The notes beneath the pieces were generated by a model. It did no database searches. It saw only the letters and a program-made list of their open reading frames with translations, and had not been told where the DNA came from. A stretch of DNA of 64,000 nt, from NCBI GenBank assembly GCA_016188915.1, contig JACPGU010000004.1, positions 40,198 through 104,197 of the forward strand, written 5' to 3'. How positions within the stretch are numbered: the stretch's first letter is position 1; each line of letters opens with the position of its first letter. Below are positions 56,685-64,000 of this stretch, in pieces. The DNA is from Candidatus Microgenomates bacterium. GTDB taxonomy: Bacteria; Patescibacteriota; JACPGU01. The position numbers and the translations under genes were made by a program.

Positions 56685-57764
56685 ATGGCAGAAAAAGACA
56701 TCCATGCTGATATTATGGACATTCCTCATTTAACCGACGACAAACCGGAAATTTTTGAATTACTCTTGCTTGGCCTGGAAAGAAAAGCATCGGATTTGCA
56801 TCTTTCGGCGGGGCATCCGCCTATTTTGAGGATAGACGGCAAATTGTTGCCTGTTTTGGAAAGGCCAAGATTAACGCCTGGCTATATTGAAAAATTAGTG
56901 GGGTTACTTTTGACCGATGATCAGAAAAAAATCTTGAAAGAAAAAAAAGAATTGGATTTTTCTTACATTTTTCGCGACCAGGCTTTTTTGAGAGCTAATG
57001 CTTTTTATCAAAAAAATAGTATCGCCTGTATCATTCGTCTTATTCCGTCACAGATCCGTGATTTTGAATCTCTGTCTTTGCCTCCTTCGGTAAAAAAGTT
57101 CGCTACCTACAATCAGGGTTTGGTTTTGGTGACTGGACCGGCCGGTAGTGGCAAATCTACTACTATTGCCTCTATCATAGATGAAATAAATCGTACCAAA
57201 TCAGAACATATTTTGACCATTGAGGATCCAATAGAATATGTTTTTTCTCCTAAAAAAAGCGTAATCAATCAGCGCGAAGTGGGGCGCGACACCAATAGTT
57301 TTTCCGATGCCTTAAAAGCGGCCCTGAGGGAAGATTTCAACGTAATCTTAATCGGCGAATTGCGAGATGCCGAATCTATCGAGACAGCTCTAACTATCGC
57401 AGAGACTGGGCATTTGGTTTTTGCCACCATTCATGCCGGTTCGGCTGTGGCGACGCCGGATCGAGTGGTTAATGCTTTTCCACCGCACTATCAGACACAG
57501 ATTCGCAGTCAATTGTCCAATGTTTTACTGGGAGTAATCGGTCAAAGGCTAGTGCCAAAAATAGATAACGGGCGCATTCCGGCGGTAGAAATAATGATGG
57601 TCAACCAAGCTATCGCGAATTCTATCAAAGAAGGCAAGACTGCTCAAATCAAATCTATCGTAGAGACCAGTCGCAGTGAAGGAATGGTCACTTTTGAACA
57701 ATCTCTATCAGCTCTTTTGGCTGATAAAAAAATTAATGAAGACGCCCTGCGAGGCTTAATCTAA
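56685..57764 (+). CDS. pilT: Type IV pilus retraction ATPase PilT/PilU family
   Basis: ASDLHL, GPAGSGKS, QREVG.DT, AETGHLV. Confidence 0.9.
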   Translation: MAEKDIHADIMDIPHLTDDKPEIFELLLLGLERKASDLHLSAGHPPILRIDGKLLPVLERPRLTPGYIEKLVGLLLTDDQKKILKEKKELDFSYIFRDQAFLRANAFYQKNSIACIIRLIPSQIRDFESLSLPPSVKKFATYNQGLVLVTGPAGSGKSTTIASIIDEINRTKSEHILTIEDPIEYVFSPKKSVINQREVGRDTNSFSDALKAALREDFNVILIGELRDAESIETALTIAETGHLVFATIHAGSAVATPDRVVNAFPPHYQTQIRSQLSNVLLGVIGQRLVPKIDNGRIPAVEIMMVNQAIANSIKEGKTAQIKSIVETSRSEGMVTFEQSLSALLADKKINEDALRGLI

Positions 57765-57768
57765 AAAT

Positions 57769-58983
57769 ATGGATCGTTATTCTTATGAAGCAAAAGACAA
57801 AATGGGGAAATTGGTCAAAGGCCTGGTGGAGGCTGATAGTTTTGATGCCGTAGATGATATTCTGCGCTACAACAAATTGACAGCTCTCTCTATCCGCCCC
57901 TATATGTCATCGGAAGATAGGATAAAAAATTATTTTCGCTCTGTTGTCGCGAAGATTCGCCCCAAAGACAAGGCTATTTTTGCCAGACAATTAGCCACAA
58001 TGATCAATGCCGGCCTACCTCTGATGGAGGCTTTAAGATCTTTGTTAAAACAAACTCCAAACAAAAATCTAGTAGCTGTTATTTTGAAAATAATCAGTAT
58101 GATTGAAAAGGGCAAAAGCTTTTCTTACGCTATAGCTCAATTCCCCTTTGTTTTTTCTCCTGTTTTTGTCAGTATGGTCAAAAGCGGCGAGGCTTCGGGT
58201 AAAATGGATAAAGTTTTGCTGGATTTGGCCGAACAACTGGAGAGTGATTACGCCTTACGCTCCAAAATCCGTGGCGCGATGATCTATCCTGCCTTTATTT
58301 TGTCGGCGATGTTGGTGGTGGGGGTTTTTGCCATTGTCTATATCATTCCTAGCCTGGAAGAAGTTTTCACCGGCGCCGGGGCGAAATTGCCAGCTACCAC
58401 TTATTTTTTGATCGCGCTGTCACATGCTTTAAGCAATTTTTGGTATCTTTTTGTACTGGGCATAATTATCATTATAGCTTTTTTGCGCTACCTTATGTCC
58501 ACTAATACGGGCAAGACTTTTTTGGGCTATATGGCGATGAAAATACCGGTTTTTGGCAAAATAAACCTGGGGATATATATCGCTCATTTTGCCCGCAATT
58601 TGGGGCTTTTGATGGCGGGTGGAGTGCCTATTGTCAAATCTTTGAGCATGGTTTCAGAATCAGTGGGTAATATTTTGATAGAAAGAGAAATCAAAGATTA
58701 TGTGATGCAAGTAGAGCAGGGCATCCCTTTGTCGGAGCCGGTCGCCAAAAGCAAATATTTCCCGACCCTAGTAGCTTCTATGGTCGCGGTGGGGGAGCAG
58801 ACGGGGCAGATGGACAAAATCTTAATTAATCTTGCCAATATTTATGAGGAAGAGACGAATAATACCTTGAAAGGCTTAACTTCTCTTTTGGAGCCGGTGA
58901 TTATGTTGATTATTGGTTTGGGAGTAGCCTTTTTGGTAGTTTCTATAATTATGCCGATATTCCAGCTGTCTAATGTTTTTTAA
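57769..58983 (+). CDS. pilC: Type IV pilus platform protein PilC/GspF
   Basis: FARQLATMINAG, GEASG, GEQTG, LLEP. Confidence 0.93.
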   Translation: MDRYSYEAKDKMGKLVKGLVEADSFDAVDDILRYNKLTALSIRPYMSSEDRIKNYFRSVVAKIRPKDKAIFARQLATMINAGLPLMEALRSLLKQTPNKNLVAVILKIISMIEKGKSFSYAIAQFPFVFSPVFVSMVKSGEASGKMDKVLLDLAEQLESDYALRSKIRGAMIYPAFILSAMLVVGVFAIVYIIPSLEEVFTGAGAKLPATTYFLIALSHALSNFWYLFVLGIIIIIAFLRYLMSTNTGKTFLGYMAMKIPVFGKINLGIYIAHFARNLGLLMAGGVPIVKSLSMVSESVGNILIEREIKDYVMQVEQGIPLSEPVAKSKYFPTLVASMVAVGEQTGQMDKILINLANIYEEETNNTLKGLTSLLEPVIMLIIGLGVAFLVVSIIMPIFQLSNVF

Positions 58984-58987
58984 GATA

Positions 58988-58996
58988 TGTGGATAA
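58988..58996 (-). promoter_or_regulatory. DnaA-box consensus upstream of the pilin gene
   Basis: TGTGGATAA = TTATCCACA; single copy. Confidence 0.35.
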
Positions 58997-59059
58997 CTTT
59001 TCTTTTATTTTAGGTTATAATATCAATAATATAGAAATATTTTTCAAAAAGGAGTATCA

Positions 59060-59521
59060 ATGCAAAAAAATCAAAAAGGTTTCACCTTGATTGAACTTTT
59101 GGTAGTTATCGCTATCATCGGCGCCTTGGCGGCTATTGGTCTGACCAATTTTTCTTCCGCCAGAAAAAAATCTCGCGACACCAAAAGAGTAGCCGATATG
59201 GATTATGCCTCCAAGGCCCTGGAGCAGTATTTCATGGATAATAATACGTATGTTCCAGCGGCTACTTTTGAAGTCGCTATCAATACCACCCTGAAGGACG
59301 CGGGCTATACGGAAAGAGATATCAAGGCGGTGTCTTCTGCCGCTTACCCATATAAATATTGCGTAAGTTCTGATGGTTTGTATTACAAGGTGACTGCCAA
59401 ATTTGAAAATGCGAACAACCCGGCGTTAACAGAAGATGAAGGTTCAGACGATACGCTGTATGAAGTAGGCAACGCGACTGGTAGTAACAGTGGTAAAGTA
59501 ACAGCAGGCGATTGCTCTTAA
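59060..59521 (+). CDS. Type IV pilin, probable major subunit
   Basis: QKG|FTLIELLVVIAIIG; AAGGAG RBS, upstream TATAAT, own terminator. Confidence 0.9.
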   Translation: MQKNQKGFTLIELLVVIAIIGALAAIGLTNFSSARKKSRDTKRVADMDYASKALEQYFMDNNTYVPAATFEVAINTTLKDAGYTERDIKAVSSAAYPYKYCVSSDGLYYKVTAKFENANNPALTEDEGSDDTLYEVGNATGSNSGKVTAGDCS

Positions 59522-59545
59522 TATCTTTAAGCGATTTGTATTTTT

Positions 59546-59578
59546 AAGCAAGGAAAATGCTGGTCATTTTCCTTGCTT
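59546..59578 (+). terminator. Hairpin after the pilin gene
   Basis: AAGCAAGGAAAATG-CTGGT-CATTTTCCTTGCTT. Confidence 0.7.
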
Positions 59579-59607
59579 GATTTAATCATCACGATGTCAA
59601 TTCTCCT

Positions 59608-60411
59608 ATGAATATCTTACTTTTTTTTATCCTAGGCTCTGTGATGGGGAGTTTTCTTTCGGTGGCGATCAAGAGATTGCCTATTGATGAAACTATCGTC
59701 TGGGGTAGGAGTCATTGTTTTTCCTGCCGGACCAAAATATTAGCGCGTGATTTGATCCCACTTGCTTCTTTTTTCATTTTGCGCGGGCGTTGCCGAAATT
59801 GTCAGCAGAAAATCAGTTATTTTTACCCGTTACTTGAAATAATGACCGGGCTTATTTTTGTGGCCGTATATTATCGTTTTTATGATGTTTTGGCGGGATT
59901 AAATCTTTACCTTTTTTTTACTTTTTATCTTTTAGCGATAATGGCGCTTTTGATTATTTTGTTTACCGACTTTTTTTATTTTTTTGTGCCGGACAGAATA
60001 ACCGTACCGGCTATTATCATATCTTTGATCTTGAGCTCGCTTAATATTTTTTTGTCGCCAAAATATGGGACAGATTTTTTTATCTACGCGCCTTTTTGGG
60101 GCAATCTTTTGGGTGGCGCGCTGATTGGAGCGGGTTTTTTTTTCTTATTAGTTTTTTTATCAAAAGAGCGTTGGATGGGCTGGGGAGATGTAAAATTGGG
60201 ACTTTTTTTAGGTATTATTTTGGGATGGCCACTGATATTGATAAATCTTTTAGTTGCTTTTATTGCCGGTGGATTTTGGGGCGCTTTTTTAATTATTTTG
60301 AAAAAAAAGAAAAAAACAGATGTTTTGCCCTTCGCGCCCTTTTTGGTCATGGGGTTTTTTATCGCATTTTTTTGGGGTAAATATATTATTCAATGGTACA
60401 ATGGGGTATAG
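59608..60411 (+). CDS. pilD: Prepilin peptidase
   Basis: GSFL, RSHCFSC, GRCRNC, MGWGDVKL, PFAPFL. Confidence 0.93.
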   Translation: MNILLFFILGSVMGSFLSVAIKRLPIDETIVWGRSHCFSCRTKILARDLIPLASFFILRGRCRNCQQKISYFYPLLEIMTGLIFVAVYYRFYDVLAGLNLYLFFTFYLLAIMALLIILFTDFFYFFVPDRITVPAIIISLILSSLNIFLSPKYGTDFFIYAPFWGNLLGGALIGAGFFFLLVFLSKERWMGWGDVKLGLFLGIILGWPLILINLLVAFIAGGFWGAFLIILKKKKKTDVLPFAPFLVMGFFIAFFWGKYIIQWYNGV

Positions 60412-60429
60412 GTAAGAGGTAAATTAGCA

Positions 60430-60502
60430 CAGGTAAAAGGTTATAGATAAAAAATAACAGACAGGGAATAGGCTATAGGTTAATGTCAAGTATCATTCGT
60501 AA
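60430..60502 (+). repeat. 73-bp intergenic direct repeat, copy 1
   Basis: 71/73 identical to 61605-61677. Confidence 0.9.
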
Positions 60503-60543
60503 TTCGTATATTCGGTCTTGATTCGTATATTCGTAGTAATATT

Positions 60544-61140
60544 ATGTTCAAAACAAACAAAAAAAATGGTTTTACCTTGATAGAAATTTTAGTAGTTATT
60601 TCTATTATTATTCTTTTGCTGGGCATTGCCACCCCATCTTTTCGCACCTATACTTACAATAGCCACATCAGAGATAGCGCCAAAGCTATTCGTTCTCTTT
60701 TGTGGGAGGCGCAAGGTTTTTCTCTCGCGCCACGCGATACCGAAACGACTAAATACATCGTAGATTTGACCGCGGGCTCAAACATTGCCCCGATTATTAT
60801 CAAAAAAGCTTACAATGTGGCCAACCCCGCTGTTCCTGGAACTTTTACGGAAAATATTGATCCCAGCCCCAATCTTTCCTCTGCTAAAATATTTTCCGAA
60901 GTGGTGGTGGAAAAAATTAGTTTTTACAAAGCATCTGGAGGTAGCGCGCTCTCTGCCACCGATACGAGATTTGCTTTTTTGGTTGGCAATAGAACGGGAG
61001 GGCAGATAAAAATCACGAGCTCTGTTTCGACAGAAGAGGCAAATAAAGCGGAGATTATCATAGGCTCGCCTAGAGCAAAATTGAAATACAAAATTACCGT
61101 AAGCGCCGCGGCTAATAATATTACTATTATTCGCCAATAA
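60544..61140 (+). CDS. Minor pilin (FimT/GspH-like)
   Basis: KNG|FTLIEIL. Confidence 0.85.
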   Translation: MFKTNKKNGFTLIEILVVISIIILLLGIATPSFRTYTYNSHIRDSAKAIRSLLWEAQGFSLAPRDTETTKYIVDLTAGSNIAPIIIKKAYNVANPAVPGTFTENIDPSPNLSSAKIFSEVVVEKISFYKASGGSALSATDTRFAFLVGNRTGGQIKITSSVSTEEANKAEIIIGSPRAKLKYKITVSAAANNITIIRQ

Positions 61141-61143
61141 AAT

Positions 61144-61596
61144 ATGTTTGAAACAAAAAAGAAAAATGGATTTGGACTGATAGAGGTTTTGGTTAGCATT
61201 GCTATTTTGACGGCGGTGGTTTTGACGCTGAATTTTTTGGCGCAGATGGCCTATTATAGTTGGGAAAACGCGCAGTACAAAACGGCAGCTTATAATATTA
61301 TTCAAGACGCGACAGAATATATTCGCAATACTCGCGATCAGAATGTCGGCACCAGCAATGGGTGGTTTGCCGGTCTTGCTACCCAAGCAGAGATAGAAAA
61401 AAATAATGGGCTAATCACAATGCCCTCTGGCTTTACCCGCGAAATAAAGGTGAGTGATGTGGCCTCTGACATCGTTTATGAAGGTACTGCTTTATCTAAA
61501 AAAAAGGTAGAAATAAAAGTTTCGTGGAAAGAAAGGAGAGGGGAGAGATCCCTTGCCAGCGTTACTTATTTTACCGACTGGAAGAGCAAATACTAG
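61144..61596 (+). CDS. Minor pilin (PilV-like)
   Basis: KNG|FGLIEVL. Confidence 0.85.
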   Translation: MFETKKKNGFGLIEVLVSIAILTAVVLTLNFLAQMAYYSWENAQYKTAAYNIIQDATEYIRNTRDQNVGTSNGWFAGLATQAEIEKNNGLITMPSGFTREIKVSDVASDIVYEGTALSKKKVEIKVSWKERRGERSLASVTYFTDWKSKY

Positions 61597-61604
61597 GGTT
61601 AACG

Positions 61605-61677
61605 CAGGTAAAAGGTTATAGATAAAAAATAACAGATAGGGAATAGGTTATAGGTTAATGTCAAGTATCATTCGTAA
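61605..61677 (+). repeat. 73-bp intergenic direct repeat, copy 2
   Basis: 71/73 identical to 60430-60502. Confidence 0.9.
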
Positions 61678-61715
61678 ATTTGTATATTTGTATTCAATTT
61701 GTAAATTCGCAGTAT

Positions 61716-62342
61716 ATGCCCAAAACAAACAAAAAAAATGGATTTACTTTGATAGAGCTTTTGGTGGCAACGGCTATTTTTGCTACTTTTGTTACGGTCT
61801 CATCTAGATTCTTGGTTAATGTGGTGCGGCTAGAACAAAAAGCCAATGTTTTGCGCCAAACCCAGCAAGACACGCGCTATGTTTTAGAATCCATCATGCG
61901 CGAGGCCAAGACGGCTAACGGAGAATTTGACAACAAGATATCGGCTAACGGAAGGCGCAAAATACACGCCTATCAATATGAGCCGTTGACCGGAACGCCG
62001 AATAAATTTGTTATTTATACTACTGATTTTACTAATAATCAGGTATGGAAAATGGTTTATTCTTGGAGCGGGGGAGTAGTCTCGATAGAAAAATACAAAA
62101 AATCTCTTGGGACGATTGGCGCTACCTATGCTTTGGTCTCGCAGACTCCCTTAAACGATGTTAATTATACCTATGTGGATAAATTTTCTTTTGCCGTAAG
62201 CGGGCTGTCTTCTGATTTGAGTTTGCCGCCCAGAGTGGCTATTACTATTGAAGCTTCCAGCGCGCCGAGCAAAACATCTGATAGCAAAATTTTGCAGGCC
62301 AAAACAGTTTTGGTATCTTCGGCAACTTCTCGCAGCTATTAA
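61716..62342 (+). CDS. Minor pilin (PilW-like)
   Basis: MPKTNKKNG|FTLIELL; ATG at 61716. Confidence 0.85.
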   Translation: MPKTNKKNGFTLIELLVATAIFATFVTVSSRFLVNVVRLEQKANVLRQTQQDTRYVLESIMREAKTANGEFDNKISANGRRKIHAYQYEPLTGTPNKFVIYTTDFTNNQVWKMVYSWSGGVVSIEKYKKSLGTIGATYALVSQTPLNDVNYTYVDKFSFAVSGLSSDLSLPPRVAITIEASSAPSKTSDSKILQAKTVLVSSATSRSY

Positions 62343-62343
62343 A

Positions 62344-62378
62344 TATGAATTATGAATTATGAATCGTGAATTATGAAT
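62344..62378 (+). repeat. Heptamer array (TATGAAT)x5, left arm
   Basis: TATGAAT x3, CGTGAAT, TATGAAT. Confidence 0.9.
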
Positions 62379-62765
62379 AGTTCAAAAGACAAAATAAAAT
62401 CTTTTACCGATCTTAATGCATGGAAAGAAGCGCATAAATTGGTGTTAATGGTTTACAGAATAACAAAAAAAATTCCGTCAGAAGAATTGTTTTGTCTAAC
62501 GAGTCAAATCAGAAGGGCAACTATATCTATAACTTCCAATATCGCAGAGGGATTTAGCAGAAATTTCAATAAAGAAAAAGCGCAATTTTATACTGTAGCA
62601 TTGGGGTCCTTGACTGAATTGCAGAATCAAATTTTAGCTGCTCGAGATATAGGCTATATACCAAAAGAAGATTTCACTTTAATGGCTGATCAAACGATAG
62701 TGGTGAGTAAGCTCATAAACGGGCTAATCAAATCTACTCGCAATAACATAATTCATAACTCATAA
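62373..62765 (+). CDS. Four-helix-bundle protein (23S rRNA IVS protein/Avd-like family)
   Basis: SFTDLNAWKEA, EELFCLTSQIRRA..SITSNIAEG, ALGSLTEL. Confidence 0.92.
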   Translation: MNSSKDKIKSFTDLNAWKEAHKLVLMVYRITKKIPSEELFCLTSQIRRATISITSNIAEGFSRNFNKEKAQFYTVALGSLTELQNQILAARDIGYIPKEDFTLMADQTIVVSKLINGLIKSTRNNIIHNS

Positions 62766-62778
62766 TTCATGATTCATC
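62751..62778 (-). repeat. Inverted heptamer array, right arm
   Basis: ATTCATA ACTCATA ATTCATG ATTCATC, reverse complements of TATGAAT-like units. Confidence 0.85.
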
Positions 62779-63164
62779 ATTTATATTCCGATGGAGGATC
62801 TAGGGGCAATCCGGGCAAAGCGGCGGGCGCTTTTGTTATTAAAAAAGATGAAAAAATAGTGGCGGAGGGCAGTATTTTTTTAGGCACAGCGACCAATAAT
62901 AAGGCTGAATACGCTGGATTGATTTTGGGCCTGGAAAAACTTTCCAGTCTCACCAAGGGGGAGGTGAGATGTTTTTTGGACAGCGAATTGGTGGTGAAGC
63001 AATTAAAAGGCGAATATCGGATCAAAGACGAGGGGCTAAAACCGCTTTTTGCCAAAGTCGTTCAGCTAAAAAATAATTTTGAAAAAATAACCTTCACCCA
63101 TATCAGAAGAGAAAAAAATAAAGAAGCAGATTTTTTAGTGAATAAAGAATTGGATAATAATTAG
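62769..63164 (+). CDS. rnhA: Ribonuclease HI family protein
   Basis: YSDGGSRGNPG, TNNKAEY, DSELVVKQ, REKNKEAD. Confidence 0.92.
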   Translation: MIHHLYSDGGSRGNPGKAAGAFVIKKDEKIVAEGSIFLGTATNNKAEYAGLILGLEKLSSLTKGEVRCFLDSELVVKQLKGEYRIKDEGLKPLFAKVVQLKNNFEKITFTHIRREKNKEADFLVNKELDNN

Positions 63165-63168
63165 CTTT

Positions 63169-63564
63169 ATGAGTAGAAAAATTATTTTTGTTATCGTGAG
63201 CCTAATTTTAATCCTTTCCATCGGCTTGCCCTACGCTATGCCCTATCTGGAAGATTTGCAAACTGATGTGGAAGAAACAGCCGATACTTTGGAGGAGAGA
63301 AAGCAGAAGAGCGAAAAAACAGCGGAGCAAAAAGGGCTGGAAGGGACAGTGCGTAAACTGGAAGCCTCTATCTATCAGCAGGGAACGCATTATTTGGAGG
63401 CAGATGGAATAACACTAGCTCTTTTGGAGTCTAGCTCGGGCATAAATTTGGATAGATATATTGGCAGAAACATTGTTGTTTATGGCACGCCTCGCCAGAC
63501 AGTAGAGGGCGACGGGGTGATTATTGATGTAGAAAGGGTAATCTCTCCTAACGTCGAACGTTAG
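63169..63564 (+). CDS. Membrane-anchored hypothetical protein
   Basis: TM plus small beta-rich domain. Confidence 0.65.
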   Translation: MSRKIIFVIVSLILILSIGLPYAMPYLEDLQTDVEETADTLEERKQKSEKTAEQKGLEGTVRKLEASIYQQGTHYLEADGITLALLESSSGINLDRYIGRNIVVYGTPRQTVEGDGVIIDVERVISPNVER

Positions 63565-63603
63565 GAGATTTACGTTGGCCCCTAAACGCTGTATAATATA
63601 GCC

Positions 63604-64000
63604 ATGCAAGCCGATGAAATCTTGAAGGGGCTCAACCCCGAGCAGAGAGAGGCCGTAGTGTATAACGACGGACCACTTTTGATTGTGGCAGGAGCGGGGA
63701 CGGGGAAAACAGGCGTTATTACTGCCAAAATAGCTTATTTAGTAGCGGAGAAAAAAGCCAAAGCATCGGAAATTTTGGCTCTTACTTTTACCAAAAAAGC
63801 GGCTTACGAGATGGAAGAAAGGGTGGACATTCTCCTGCCCTATGGCTACAACGATGTCAAAATTGCCACCTTCCACTCCTTTGCCGAAGAATTTTTGCGG
63901 GAAAATGCTTATTCTTTAGGGTTTTCTACTAATTTTCAATTGCTCTCCGATACGGCGCAAGTGATGTTTATAAGAGAGCATATTTTTGATTTTGACCTGA
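63604..64000 (+). CDS. UvrD/PcrA-family helicase, 5' part
   Basis: LNPEQREAV, VAGAGTGKT, ILALTFT, TFHSF; runs off the window end. Confidence 0.92.
   Translation, partial: MQADEILKGLNPEQREAVVYNDGPLLIVAGAGTGKTGVITAKIAYLVAEKKAKASEILALTFTKKAAYEMEERVDILLPYGYNDVKIATFHSFAEEFLRENAYSLGFSTNFQLLSDTAQVMFIREHIFDFDL

Noticed and set aside
60430-62765. Diversity-generating retroelement (Avd-like gene plus repeat pair)
   Set aside because: No reverse transcriptase in the window, both repeats are intergenic, and two transitions are too few to show adenine-specific mutagenesis.

Overview
Chromosomal segment of a low-GC bacterium whose gene content and style (small housekeeping set, type IV pilus locus, sortase, VKOR, few Shine-Dalgarno sites) suggest Patescibacteria/CPR; this is inferred, not tested. 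1-27.7 kb: murC, ftsQ-like, recJ, gpmI, tRNA-Leu, sortase, murA, GT4, DedA, a Cys-rich/NHL surface protein, PBP1A, tyrS, argS, VKOR, TrmH family, tRNA-Pro, a 6S RNA candidate, site-2 protease, rpmB, holB. The tRNA-Tyr/Thr/Thr/rpmG/Trp cluster is interrupted twice at Thr anticodons. (i) A 15,870-bp island with two tyrosine recombinases and a serine resolvase splits tRNA-Thr(GGT) at its 7-nt anticodon loop and carries a complete, sequence-distinct tRNA-Thr(GGT). (ii) The next gene, tRNA-Thr(TGT), has a 16-nt hairpin in the D-loop region and a 109-nt hairpin insertion inside the anticodon that contains a whole second tRNA-Thr(TGT). 44.9-62.3 kb: secreted/adhesin genes and a type IV pilus operon, then a four-helix-bundle gene bracketed by inverted heptamer arrays, rnhA and a partial UvrD-family helicase. 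Small GC-rich palindromic insertions and AT-rich 7/8-mer arrays recur across the window. All calls come from motif recognition and manual folding; no database search was run.
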